Of a stretch of DNA of 64,000 bases, positions 36,081 through 51,008 are shown piece by piece. The notes below the pieces were generated by a model. That model made no database searches and was not told the DNA's origin. It worked only from the letters and a program-made list of their open reading frames with translations. The stretch is from Eledone cirrhosa. Taxonomy: Eukaryota. Position 1 is the stretch's first letter. Each line of letters begins with the position of its first letter. The stretch lies in assembly GCA_964016885.1 (NCBI GenBank), contig OZ024740.1, forward strand, positions 373,550,001 to 373,614,000, given 5' to 3'. The position numbers and the translations under genes are program-made.

Positions 36081-38960
36081 TACAAGAAGTAAATAAGATC
36101 ACCACACCAAGAGAAAAAAACTAATATATATAAGCCTTATACGTCCTGAAGAACAGTACATTGTTCAAGAATGTGATAAGAACTTTAACAAGAAACTAAA
36201 GTGGCTTAAGCAGATAAAACTAAATCAAGATACTTTAGAGAATACCAATACATATCCCGACAAAATTGACGGTATAAATATGGCCGACATCTCATTAACA
36301 GATGAGTTCAACAACAACAACACAAATATATACGGCAACACTATGGTCAACTCTGATGAATTATCTGTATTACAACTTCCACCTAAGTATGCGACATTCA
36401 AGAAGGTAACTATGATTAGTTGTTTGTCAGAAATAGAAAAATCATTTACAAAATTACGGTGGAGCCTCAAATACAAAAACAAAAGTAACAACATACGCAC
36501 ACACATATACAACACACATCCCAACAATAACAGACACACAGACACAAACAACAATAACAACAACACACACATAAACAATAATAACATACTCAGAAACAAC
36601 AACAGACACGCAGACACAAACAACAATAACAACACACACAACAATAATAACACACACGGAGACGACAACAACAACACACATCAACAACAGCACACATCAA
36701 CAACAACAACAACACACGCACATGCAATGCCTCTCACCACCACCACAATCTTAACAAACACACAGACACAGAAAACAGGTAATGGCAGTAGCACATAAAT
36801 AAGGGAAGGTAATAGGATTGAAAGGAGAAGGGAGACTATGGACAGAGAAAATAACCAAGACGTACACACAGACACAGAAAATAGAGTAGATAATAACAAT
36901 GAGCCATAGGAAAGAGACAGGAGTAATAATGAGAGACATAGAAACAACCATGAGGCTGTTGGTGGAAATAGTAATAGAAACAACACAACTAACAATAACA
37001 ATAGCACTAGTACACATAAAGCAGCAGCCTGGAACTCTACTTTTTATAATCCCTCCGATAACTTGTTCGACCTGCGACGAGTCCACGCCACGACTTTAGC
37101 TTTTAACAAACGCACGCAATTACCGCCGCAGGTCGATGAACAAACAGAAGCACAATTTAGTATAGCTAGATCTAAACTTAGAAATAGTATAGAACAGTAT
37201 AGCAAGAAGCATAATAGAATGGAGGCCCAGCAACTGGGAGAAAAATCTGCAAATGGCTTGCGTAAGCTCATGCAGCGCTCGCGTAATGGAGAGATAGCAT
37301 GCTTTCCAACAGACAAGTCTGGCAGAATGTCGGTTGACAGTCTGCCAAACTACATCCAGGTAATGCAAACCCACATCACTAACAGAAGAGAAGTAACACC
37401 ACAAGAGCATGAGGATAGAGAAAAAGCCCTCAATGCCCATATGGTGATGTGGACAAATATAATGCAGCCAAACAAAAGGACTGCCAACAACTTCCAGGCC
37501 TGGAACAATAACGAGCCAGCGTTGTATGGGCTTCGAAAAGACCATAAAACGTGCAGTGACCCTGTCACGGGACCACCAACACGGCCGGTCTGTGGAACTA
37601 ACATTGCTAGTAACTACAGACTGTCCTACTTCCCCTCCCTGATCATACGTATGATAGCAATAAATACCGGAGTGTAATGTCATCGATACCCACCTAGAGG
37701 TGAATTAGCTTACAAATTTAGAAGGGCCCTAGATAAAAATATACTCAATATTAAGATAGTCGAAGGACCAGGTACCTCCATAAAAACACTTATTAGCAAG
37801 ACATACCCTTTTCAAAGACCCCCTGTATAGATAAGAAATGTATAACCTGTAAATTAAGCCCCCATATTAACTGTAAAACTAGAAATGTAGTATATAGCAT
37901 AATATGTACTGAAGGACAATGTAGAGACAAATATATAGTGTACATAGGTGAGACAGCTCGTAGTATAGGGGAACGGATAAATGAACACTGGCGAGACCTT
38001 CAAGATAGTAAAGAATCATCTGTACTCTACCAACATGCTAAAATAGAACATAAGGGTAACTTAGAGTACATAGAAATAAAAATAGAGTCTACGCACAGAA
38101 AATATGCAATGTTTAGACAAATCACAGAGGCAATAAACATAAAAGAATTACAACCAAAATTAAATAGAAAACACGAGTGGAACAACAACATCACAACTTA
38201 CAATTAAGGACAAAATGAAAACACACACGCACATAGAACAAACAACCAACCCGTAACATGTAAATAAACAAATAAATAAACGAATATAAACACACACAGA
38301 CACCCTGATGTGGCGCATGCGCAGACTGAGCACACAACACACACACAGAAACAAGATGGCGTAAGACAGAACAAAGGAGAGGCACAAAAACAAAGAAAAT
38401 ATAATCCCCTGTCACTGAAGAGGTCACATAATGTGTGACGAAATAACTTTGACAATCTATAAACAACCATCTGGTTGTGGAACCCACCAACCAACCAGAA
38501 ATTTATAATCCTAAATTTATAAATTTATTATAATAAATTGAAGTGAAAGAAACCTGGTGCGTGTGTTTCTTATTGGCAACATGACCCTCCCAAAGTATAA
38601 CAATATATACATATCGTTTCTGAATTTGTTTAGCAAGATTCTTTATCTGAAAACGTCTGTTGAAACCGATATTGTTATACTTTGGGAGGGTCATGTTGCC
38701 AATAAGAACCACACGCACCATGTGCCTTCGCTTGAATTTATTATAAATTAAATTTATAAATATCACAAAGTTTTTCGTCACAGAATGTGTGGCGAAAGAA
38801 CTTTGACAATATATGAACAATCGTCTGTGTGTGGAACCAACGAACCAACCGGAAATTTATAAATTACTAAATTTATGAATTTAATTTATAATAAATTGAA
38901 GTGAAATCAGCTGGTGCGTTGTGTTTCTTATTGGCAACATGACCCTCCCAAAGTATAACA

Positions 38961-38962
<2 letters not shown>
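36081..38962 (+). mobile_element. Internally deleted Neptune-like PLE with HHR and inverted/direct terminal duplications
   Basis: VLQLPPKYA, PTDKSGR, LYGLRKDHK..GPPTRPVCG; RT core missing after ~37670; GIY-YIG RNVVYSI..YIGETARSIGERINEH. Confidence 0.85.
38410..38454 (+). ncRNA. Minimal type I hammerhead ribozyme
   Basis: TGTCA-CTGAAGA-GGTCACATAATGTGTGAC-GAAA-TAACTT-TGACA. Confidence 0.8.
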
Positions 38963-38992
<30 letters not shown>

Positions 38993-38995
38993 GTA

Positions 38996-39092
<97 letters not shown>

Positions 39093-39465
39093 CACTATAG
39101 ACATTGCAATATGGAATTATTCCATATCTTAAAATATGACAAAATGCTGCTTAACAGCAAAATTGAAGTGTCAATTTTCTGTAGACATAAAGCAGCAAAT
39201 AGATTCGATAATTTCAACCCAACTTAATACGACCCAACAATTCCATAATTCAAATTATACCACCTGAGTCTATTTTAATAACCCATTATCATCATTGTTG
39301 TTATTCCTGTTGTTAACAGTTAATGAATCTACATCATAACCTATTATATTGTCTCCCTTTCCTTTTCTATTTTTCCAATTTCTTTCCCTAAATATACTCT
39401 ATATCTTACATTATAACCTATCGTATTATCTCCACTTCTAATATAACTTCCAAAATATTAATTTA

Positions 39466-40115
39466 CTAGCAGTGGTACCTGGTGTTGCACGGGATAAGGT
39501 ATTTAGAACGCGGGCTGCCAACAGACCTAATCTTGGAAAAACTGCATGCCTGGACAATATGTAAAGAAATTAAAACCAATACTCTGATGGCTGGATAATC
39601 TTTAAGATTTTCCTCGATGAAGGAGGAAAATGCAGGTTTTCACATAATGCGGGCCCTAGGGTATCAAGAAAATGAATTTTCTTAATGCGCATAATATGCC
39701 TTGAAATTTCGCGAAAATCGGCCAGACTTAACGCCTCAAAAGAGCCCTAAAAAGCTGAAAAAAGAAGTGTTTCGCCTAATGCGGGCCCTAGGCCATAAAG
39801 ACAGTTGGATTTTCTTTACTCGCGGTATGAAGAAGAGACGTTCTAATGCATAGTTACAATTTCAAGGAAATTGGTCTGACGTAACGCCTCAAAAAATCCC
39901 TAAAAAGCTGAAAAAACGCAGTTTTTCATTCAATGCGGGCCTTAAGCAATCAACAATTTGAATTATTTATGTGCATATCACTCCGTGAAACATAAGTAAT
40001 GCACATGTAAAGTTTGAAAAAAATCGGTTTGGTACTTCTCGAGTTTTAGGGATTCAAACTCACAGACAAAACCCACACACACACAACACACACATCCTCA
40101 ATTATATATATATAT
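39466..40115 (-). mobile_element. Non-autonomous Helitron with internal repeats
   Basis: Reverse complement ends CCCGTGCAACACCAGGTACCACTGCTAG|T; AATGCGGGCCCTA recurs at ~39646, 39778 and 39932. Confidence 0.75.
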
Positions 40116-40374
40116 ATATATTAATTTAACTAATACATATATGAATATATTTAATGTTTTTATGTTTATACCATCATATCTTTATATTTTAACCACCAAC
40201 ACCACAGCTAGTTTCAACAATCATATTATGTTAATTTTTTTCGCACACACATTTTTTTTTATTTATATTTTATCATCTTCGCTATAACTTATTTATTACT
40301 ATTTATTATCATTACTTTTATTTTTTCCCTCTATTTTTATTTTTATTTACTTTTTTCTTTATTCTTGTTTTTCT

Positions 40375-40438
<64 letters not shown>

Positions 40439-40539
40439 TTTCTTTCTTTTTCTCCATCTTTTTCTTTTTACTTCTTTTTCTTTTACTTTCTTTATTACTG
40501 ATGTAATTTGAATTTGTAAACGCTATATATGATTTTATT

Positions 40540-40651
40540 CAATTATCTGATGATGTGGTTAGGCATACATCTTATTTAAAAATGAGTGACACAACTTCAA
40601 GTGATTAGCAATTTTAAGACAACTTAATCAATGAAACAATTGTTAATATTG
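40540..40651 (+). ncRNA. HHR-like motif with a 79-nt stem II domain
   Basis: CTGATGA (40547) - TGGTTAGG...CTTAATCA helix - GAAA (40633) - CAATTGT-T; stem I weak. Confidence 0.55.
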
Positions 40652-40693
40652 TAAATAAAACCCTTCTTGTACTGTTGACCATGTTATTCTTCA

Positions 40694-40777
<84 letters not shown>

Positions 40778-41056
40778 GTATACTCATAAATATAGGAAAT
40801 ATGAGTGTCATGTTGCTTTCAGGCTTTAGCAGAAAAGTGAATCAAGTTTAAAATATAATTTGATACGCTGAGTGGAAACGGAAACTGGCTACAAACACAA
40901 ACACAAACACACACAAACACACAGATTTATTAATGCTTATTATAATTAATATTTGTGTTGTCATTATTGCTTTTGTTATTCGGACGTAACAGAAGACAAA
41001 AACAAATAGCTACACACACAAACACAAACACACACATTCATGAAGGAAACATTTAT

Positions 41057-41500
41057 TCTTCTTTTCGCCTACGTATTCTTGGGCGAGTCGTGGGTGCATA
41101 GTTTCTTCAAGCACTACTTCCAGCTGGTTCTTTCAGAAGCCACCCAACCGGCTGGATGGCCACAAGGACTATACCAACATCCATTGACTATTGCTTACGA
41201 CAGGATTAAAATGCTACTGTCCATATTCAATCAAGGAGGACACTCACGTTTTTTTTTGGTGCTATAGTAACCCCAAACTCGGTAACTAATCACGTGATGG
41301 CGCTCGGTCTATCGAATATACTGCAACCATCTGAATGTACCAATACACCCGCGATTTTCGGCGTGAAATTACCAAAGGAGTCCGATGCCAAATCTTCCTG
41401 AACCTATCAAAATTTACATCAATCATATTGCAATATGAGCCACATTTTTTTCATAAAACTGAAAGAAATTCCCAACATCAGTTAGATGCGTGTTACATGT
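41057..41500 (-). mobile_element. Probable RTE-type LINE 3' fragment
   Basis: Decayed RWLQYIR..KKKRECPP peptide and a short tail typical of RTE ends. Confidence 0.45.
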
Positions 41501-41952
41501 CGGCAAATCTACATATCTTAACTTTTGAAAATCCCGAAACCAGTAAAGTCATAAGTTATTGTAAATTAATTTTTAGGACTCCAATTGCATTTTCGATTTC
41601 TTTTTCTGATATTTTAACACAAATATATGTGCGCGCGTGTTCGCGCACGCCTATATGTATGAGTGTGTTTACGAAATTAACCGTTGTTAAGACGAATTTA
41701 TTGTGGTTGTCACGGATTTCTCATTGAAACATTAAACGTATACTTGTATCGGAATACACATAAAAAATAGCGAGGAAACAAAAAACAGAAAAGAACCAAA
41801 TTCTCTATATATATATATGTTTATAAATACAGTAACACTGTCCCATCTGTCTTCCTCTCTTTCAACTACTTAATTTGTGTACGTCTCATTCATTTTGTCT
41901 ACACACTGGACATATAGTCTACATTCCATCCTAGTTTCTCTTTTAATCTAAC

Positions 41953-42079
<127 letters not shown>

Positions 42080-42115
42080 TATTATATAGTTACTACCACT
42101 ATTTAATGGCTGTGA

Positions 42116-42260
42116 AGGCGCATGGCTTAGAGGTTAGAGAATTGAGCTTGCAATCGAAAGGTTGTGAGTTTAATTCTCGGACTGGGTATGTATGGTTTCC
42201 TTGAACAAGGCACTTTATTTCACGTTGCTCCAGTTTACTCAGCTGTAGAAATGAGATGAT
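42116..42260 (+). mobile_element. tRNA-derived SINE (family B)
   Basis: GGCGCATGGCTTAGAGGTTAGA A-box, GAGTTTAATTCTC B-box, TCCTTGAACAAGGCACTTTA core. Confidence 0.75.
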
Positions 42261-42748
42261 AAGACTGATGTCCCTATCATTTAATCACCCAAGACACCTC
42301 CAACAGGAGGCCACATGAACATGCATAAGTGTGAGCTCTCACACAAACATTTAATGGTTAATCCAGCTAGAAGTCTCGCCGGCTGAAGTCGAGATGACGG
42401 AGAAACCTTGATTTTTTTCCTGTGGCTAAGCATTTCTGAACCTGTTTCGTTCGTTTACACTTTTGCAGCTGACAGTTTTTGATTTTTTGCATTTTTCCTT
42501 TTTTTTCCGTAGTCCTCTCTTCATCTATAATTGTGTAATTCACCAAAGGCTTAAACTTGTCCTGTCTTTGATTCTACCTGTTTTCAGGCGTTCTAATGTA
42601 CACTGGAATGAACAGAATCAATCTCAATATATCGGAGCTGTAGGGATATACAGAAATTGCCTGCGCAGATTGGACTGTAAGTTCTTCCGTTAGCATTTCC
42701 TTTGTATTTGACCTGTTCTCCTTTCTGCTTTGAAATACACACGCGCAC

Positions 42749-42845
<97 letters not shown>

Positions 42846-42974
42846 TCGTTGTTGTGGTATTACCTATGACCACATACATATCAATATTTCTCAACATTAT
42901 GTGCTGTGTGATTGCCTCAAACAATTGGATTGGTATCTGCTATACTACCGCTACAATATTGATTTATATATATT

Positions 42975-43112
42975 TCCTGCCGAGGTTATCTTTGCCTTTC
43001 ATCCTTGCAGGGTCGATAAGATAAAGTACCATTCCCCTACTAAGGTCGATATTATCAACTTTCCCCTCCCACAACATTGCTGGGCTTGTGCCCAAATCTG
43101 TAACCATAATTA
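42975..43112 (+). mobile_element. 5'-truncated SINE family A
   Basis: Central domain and tail present. Confidence 0.75.
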
Positions 43113-43754
<642 letters not shown>

Positions 43755-44332
43755 CAGTGTGGTCACAATGATAATACCATCAACTTCTTCATCATCATCC
43801 TGCTACTACTACAACTTCTATGAAGTCCTGCGTGTTTGTACAACTTTGCTGCATATAGCAATGAAATCTATCGTAAATCTCATTTTTTTTTCTGTTAAAG
43901 GCATGCGCATTACTGTTTATGTAATCCCAGATATAATATCTATGGAAAAAAAGTTTCATACAACCAGGACTACACAGACCTTGTTCAAAGGTTTTATTGA
44001 TTTGTTCTAGCCTAGGGCGAAGCGACTACATCACAGTCACTTCGATGTCACATGTCATTTCTATTTCCTGGAGTTTGTAATCGAAATTATGACCTTATTA
44101 TTGATATAATATTAATGATAATCATGCGTTTGTGATTCGAGAGAGCTTTATAGTGATTCCTTAAAAGAAAAGCTAATGCCATCAAAAATACGTTATGCGG
44201 TCTTGTAGAAAATAAAGGAACTATTGCAGTAATTCTAGATATAAAAACACACGGCAAATATGAATAAATAAATAAATACTTTGATCGTAAGACTTGGTAA
44301 AGAGTGATATGTGCATAAACAACAGCACACAT

Positions 44333-44391
44333 TTACTACTGCTGCCTCTGGTACTACTACTACTACTACTACTACCCTTACCACCACCACC

Positions 44392-44449
<58 letters not shown>

Positions 44450-44583
44450 TTACTACTACTACTGTTGCTGCTGTTGCTACTGCTGTTGCTACTGCTGTTG
44501 TAACTGCTGATAATGATGTTGATGCTGCTGCTACCAACACTATTCTACCACTACTTCGCCTTCTTCTTCTTCTTCTTCTTCTT

Positions 44584-44616
<33 letters not shown>

Positions 44617-44700
44617 ACTGCTGTTGCCGCTGCTGCTCATGATGATGATGTTGCTACTTCTGCTGCTACCGCTGTTGTTGCTGCTACTGCTACTGTTGAC
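44333..44700. repeat. Compound trinucleotide repeats (ACT/ACC/CTT/GCT)
   Basis: Direct inspection; similar tracts at 45630-45980 and 54575-54850. Confidence 0.95.
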
Positions 44701-45727
44701 AGTTTCAAGTTAAACCCGCTTTCGGGGTCCTAGCTTAATTATTCTTTAACCATTGCGACACTAATCATATAATAGAACTTCTGTTACAAACATTATTTTG
44801 CTGCTGATTATTCCCACTGTTGATTCTGCTGCTGATAATACACTGTTTGCGATTTCTGTTACAACGATCACAAATAACACTGTAGGCAGTGATACTACAA
44901 ATGTTGCTGCTATTCCCCCTAATCCGGTTACATTTTCTACCACACTGCAAGTGCTTTTATTAGTGTTACTATAATTTTTACTACTATGTTATTCCTGAAA
45001 TTTTTCCAATAGCTAAAGGTAATGAAAAAGTAGTCATGGTAGAATTATCGTTACTATTAATAGTTGTTTCTGTGTAGGCAGTTGGAGCAAAGGAGACGGT
45101 AAATTATCCGTTGAAAGGTTTCTGGTATTTACGGCTTTGTATTCAAATATTGTCATGGTCAGATTTGATTTTCATCTTCGGGGGTTTAAGAAAATGAGAT
45201 ATCAGTCAAGGACGAGATCAACATTTTGCTATATTTTTGGCTTTGCGTAAGGTTTAGCAGTTGTTAGAATCAGACAACATATAATGCGGTAATTCTTCCG
45301 CCACTTTAGGTTGAATTGATAGGATAGTTAGGGCGTTAACTAATATAACTTGGGGAGTCATTGCTCTATTCTTTCGGGTTCAACTTGCTACGATATCAAC
45401 ATGGCTTTCCATCCCTTCGTGTTTGATTAACTAACGTGCTGTAAAATGTATCGTGATATAATAGATTAACCCTTTTTATCAAATGTCTAGCTTTGTGATT
45501 ATGTTATAAATGATTATTAGTGGGAGAGTTTGTCATAGTCGCAATGCTATATATATTGGTTTTGGCCTGGTTCTTGGTAGTTATAGTAGTAGTGTTATGT
45601 TTCCGTTTTTGATTAATTCCTCAAAATACAACTACTATTACTACTACTACTACTATTACTACTACTAATACTACCACCACCACCAACACCACCACCACCA
45701 CCACCACCACCACCACCACCACCACCG

Positions 45728-45805
<78 letters not shown>

Positions 45806-45845
45806 GTACTACTACTACTACTACTACTAATAATAATAATATTAA

Positions 45846-45947
<102 letters not shown>

Positions 45948-47308
45948 AGCTAATGTAACTGTTACTGATGATGATGATGGTAGCGTTGATGGTGTTGAAA
46001 CCATTCTTGTTTCAGATGATTCTGATGATTGTAATGATAATATGAATATATATATATATTTACACACACACGTGTGTGTGTGCGTCTGTATATATACATA
46101 TTGTTTTTTTTTTTATTTTAAACTTATTTTCCTTCAACTGAAAGGGATATTGAAAAAGACGAAGCTTTAGTCTCAATAACATAAACACAAATAAAACATA
46201 TTCTAATCCTGGGTAAACAGTAGTTACAAGGCAAATCATTTACCAAACAAAAGCATGAAGAAATCATCGTCGTTTAGTTTTATTTTATTATTTAGCATAG
46301 TTTTATATTTTCCTCCCGTTTCTTAGAGACAATGCTTTGTAGAAAGAACAATTATAGCTAATCTTTACTTTAAAGAAATCTCTACTCATTTATGCTGCAG
46401 CTTTATTTTTTATTGATTAATGTATTAAGAATGAACAATAATTTTGTTCCTTTGTTGTTGTTTTTTTTTCGTGTTAGTTGTCTTTTTTCGTTGTTGCTTG
46501 GAATTCTTTTGTACGTATTCTACAAATTTTTACAGCAAATTTAAGTTTTTGTTTTCTCTTTATCTTTCAAATTTATCTTTTTACGCAATGTTTTCCTTTT
46601 ACAATTTTGTTTTGTGATTTCAGTAACAATCACTAAAATATTTCAAGTATTGTAGCTAAAACATTCTTGGTTAGATACGAAGCGGTCGAGTAGATTAGTT
46701 GTTCAATTATAAATCACGTGACAGCAGTTTGAATCGGCTGCAAGCGTTATATAGTGTAACATCGATCTCACTCTCCTATGTTATTGAAAACGTGATATTT
46801 TTATAACATATTTGGCAATTACATATTGTGAGACTAACAGTGGACAAAATAACTTGTAATTATTAGTTCCACGTCTTTCATACTTTTGAGATCAATAAAA
46901 TAAGTACTAGTTGAGTACGGTTTCCTCCCCACGAAATAATAATCCTATTGAATATTTCTAATCACGAAAGCGCAAGTCGCTCGAATTATTTATCCGCAGT
47001 TTCTGTTCCCGTTAGAACGATATTATTTTGTACTATTCGGATTTGTTTTATAAGATATGTTCCTGGCTTACTTAAAACAGCAACACATAATAATGGTTTC
47101 GGATTTAGGCACAAGGCTAACAATTTGAAGGGGAGGCATAAGACGGTTAAATCAATCCAAGTAAGCACCAGTAACGCATTGGAGTTGATTTATTCGAATT
47201 TTCTCTCTCATCAAATCGTTTGCCTTCTGCCTAAATCAGAAACCAATAATCATCTATAAAACGTATGTCTTTATCTAACCACATTATCAACGCAACACTT
47301 AAATAAAA

Positions 47309-47762
47309 TAATAATAATTGTTTCTGCTATTGGCACAAGGTCAGCAATTATCTCAATGCATTACTGGTGCTTTATTTTATCGACCCCATAGGGATGAAAG
47401 GCAAAGTTAACCTTGGCGGTATTTGAACTCAGACCGTAAATGCTGTAACTCTATGCTGCAAAACTTGACATCCAACCGTCTACTGATACTGCCAATCCAC
47501 CACCCTTAATAATAATAATTGTTTCTACTTTTGGCGCAAGGCCAGCAATTACCCAGTGCATTACTAGCACTTTATTATATCGACCCAGTAAGGATGAAAG
47601 GCAAAGTTAACCTCGGCGGGATTTGAAATTATATCATAAAAGGCCATAACTCTATGCTGTAAAACATGGCGTCCTACCCTCTATCGATACTCCCAATCCA
47701 CTGCCTTTATAATGATATAATAACGAAAATAATTGTTACTACTTTTGGCACAAGGCCAGCAA
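47309..47762 (-). mobile_element. Tandem SINE family A cluster (2 full copies + 1 stub)
   Basis: Copies at 47309-47500, 47508-47703 and 47728-47762, separated by (AAT)n. Confidence 0.9.
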
Positions 47763-47794
47763 TAATAATATAATTATGATAATTATAAAAAAAA

Positions 47795-48590
47795 TTATTT
47801 ATTCACCAGAAAGGGTTTACAGAAGACAAATATTGTGAGAGTACAGGACGAAAACATAGGGAGTGTGTATGTGCGTGTGTGCATGCGTGTGTGGGCTTTG
47901 CATGTAAACTGTAATTTACAACAAAGGAGGTTTTTCAATAGGGAGATGTTCGAGGGTCGTTCATATAGAATAAACAATAAAACCACGGCTGTCCTGATCT
48001 CTAGGGTACGTGCCGTGTCCAAGTTGTACTCCCCCAATCTAAGGGCTCACCCTCAAAGCAGGCCATAACACTCGGTGCATGTTCTCCTCTCTCACCCACC
48101 TTTCAACAAATTGCCTTGAATGCAGCAATTCCATTTCCACCCTGATCTTCTTCGATTGAAACCTGAAGACGTTAATCAGTGCCCAGCCGAATAGGAAAGC
48201 CCTAGTCTTCAAATATTTCAATACAACCTCTTTTGCCATGTCCACAAGACAGATACAAACGGCCTGTCCGTCTTGACTACAGAATGCGACGGGAAAATCT
48301 TCATGTCTGACTCCGTTTGTAACCGGATTTGTCCTACACACGTCAGCACGTGTTGCACATAAACGCACAATTAAGTAATGCGCGGACACTGAACGAATGC
48401 CTACAGGACGGTCTCGTCGCCCCATTCGCATCTCGGCCAGCCTTGGCTGATGACACGTGTATGCCTGTACAGCTTATTTCGAACTGGTAAAGCTCCTCGA
48501 TAGCACTGCCAGGCCAAGGATTACTGGAAATTATACATGGGCCCTGAATTGAAACACCTCCCAAAGATAGTGGCTATAATCTTTATTCCG
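47795..48590 (-). mobile_element. Decayed Tx1 LINE 3' fragment
   Basis: GQAVCICLVDMAKEVV..AFLFGWALINVFRF..FVERWV matches the ORF2 C-terminus. Confidence 0.8.
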
Positions 48591-49639
48591 CATTACTCCG
48601 CCTTATTCAACGAGAGTAGCAGTGTTATTATTGTTTTTCCTATTGTTGCTGTTGATGTTTTTGTTGTTGGTATTATTACTGCTGTTTCACGTGTCTGTAG
48701 TGGGAATGCGAACAATGGTGACGTTTTTGACAGTCGGATCTTTCTTCCGGAAAGTCCGCTTTTGAATACAGCGGAGGAATATTTGTATCCACCATCATAT
48801 TATGAAATATAATCGAGGGTCTGCTTGGAAAATAGGTACAGCACTAGCCCTTTGATATACTGGTTGATCAAAACTTACCAGCTGACAAAGATTCTGGTTA
48901 GTCACTATTTAAAACTGTGATACATTCAATATACATTCTATTATTATATAGGGGAAAAGGAACACATTACGTAGTACTTTTGCTCGTAGTGTCGAGACAC
49001 ACAACAACATAAACGATGGCTACAACAACAACAATAATAATAATAATAATCTTAATGAAATACGTACTACGAGTATTTGCCACGCAATTATGGCAATCAT
49101 TACTCTATAGAACAACTCTTTGCCATCCCTTGATATTACATATGATTTGTTTTAACTATTTCAATTATAGAATTCTATCACTATGAGATAATCCATTGTG
49201 ATATTATTATATAAAATAGGATTCCCAACAAACCATCAGTTGCCCATCCTTGTTTGAAGTTGAAGTACATGAAACACTTAAAATTGCATTTAAAATTCTA
49301 CTGAGATCTACTTTGCTTGTGTTAGAATGTAGTTTTGGTTCAAAAGTCATTAACACCTGCAAAGCTATATAATGACATATAATGGCACAACAGAAAATAC
49401 TTTAAATCATTACGTACTGATATTGTCATTTATCTGAGGAGAGAATAATGTCTGCAACTTTTAACATGTTGCAATATAATAGAAATTCGAAAAGATTACT
49501 TTAATTTTGCTGGAAATAGAATTATATAACCAAAACATCATCTGCTAAATGAATGAGAGAATATAACATTATAAATGGTATTTAACCATTTGCAATTATG
49601 CTGAGTTATATATTATATATATATGATCAGCAAAACCTA

Positions 49640-50553
49640 CCCTTTTAAGAAAACCTACTGTACTAATAGGAAATGTATCATATGTAAAGTAAACCCCCGG
49701 ATAAACTGTAAATCTAGAAACGTAGTCTATAGCATAAGGGTACTTGCAGAAACATGACAACATCATACATAGGCGACACAGTTCGTAGCATAGGTGAAAG
49801 AATAGACTAACACTGTGGGGAACTAAAAAGGACGAGTAAACGGTTCAGTACTATACGAACATGCTAGACAACAGCAGACGGTAACATAGACAGCATAGAA
49901 ATTAGAATAATATCTAAACATAGAAATGACTCACCAGATAGGCAAATCAGAGAGGCCAGCGAAATAGAACTTAGAAGGCCAAGGCTAAACAGAGAAAATG
50001 AATGGAATAACAACAACACCCAAACAAAAACATTGACCTAAGAGAAGTATAAATAAATAAATAAATAAATAAATAAATACATACAGAAGCACAATAACAA
50101 CAAATACATATAAACACACACTAGTAAACTAAGATATAATACAATAACCAATGCACAGTCCCTCAAACACGAACACACATCAAACAAAACACTATACACA
50201 CAAGCAAACGCATGCGCAGAGAAGACAGAAAAATAAACAAATAAATAAATAAATAAACATACTAAATAAAGATGGCGTAAGCATACAATACAACGGGTGG
50301 AAACATAATAGCACCACTGACGATGTTGCAGATGTGCAACGAAAGAACTTTGTTAGACTATATATACGTGTTTGTGTCTATATTGTATCTGTATTTGTGA
50401 CCGTAGATCAGTCACTGGTTATATCGAGGACCGAATGAATTAAATTAACCGATATAAAAGACACAGAAGCGAAAACCAACCAAACAGTGAGTGTGTTCAA
50501 TAATTAATTCTGGCAATATTATTACACAAATATGACCATCCTTAAGTATAACT

Positions 50554-50555
<2 letters not shown>
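49640..50555 (+). mobile_element. 3' fragment of the Neptune-like PLE (decayed GIY-YIG, UTR, HHR at ~50311-50356)
   Basis: Collinear with 37800-38600; CTGACGA-TGTTGCAGATGTGCAAC-GAAA. Confidence 0.85.
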
Positions 50556-50624
<69 letters not shown>

Positions 50625-50630
<6 letters not shown>

Positions 50631-51008
50631 TAACAGATTAAAGTTCAAGCAAAGAATCGCTGCTTTCACCCTTAACGGGATCTTCTGAAACTAACAAAGT
50701 CAATCTGTAAACGCAGAAGTGAATATTTCAAAAAACGTTGCAACCGGAGGAAGACAGGAAGACGATACATTGGTTCGTGGAACCGTTCCCTGGCAAAGAA
50801 CGGGAAAAACAAATATAATCCCTCATTATTTGGAGCGGTGAAAAACAATTACACGCAAAGACAGAACCACGTTTATGGTATAAAAGAAGTCGTAGACTGA
50901 TATTCTCTTAGGTGGTTCATAGGGACGTTCTCTGCAATGAACGGAAAAAACGAAGATAATACGTCATATGTAGAGCGTAGAGAACAATTGAACGCAAAGA
51001 CAAAACCA
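50625..51008 (-). mobile_element. Solo 3' end of the PLE1 family (HHR at 50642-50692)
   Basis: Reverse complement of ~10970-11345. Confidence 0.9.

Larger units (their letters stand above)
39087..40698 (+). mobile_element. 5'-truncated PLE related to element 2, interrupted by a Helitron
   Basis: [40 protein letters not shown] matches MSYCGLCDLELLYILRNVKRLLNNKLERSIFCRHRIATKF; HHR near the 3' end. Confidence 0.75.
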
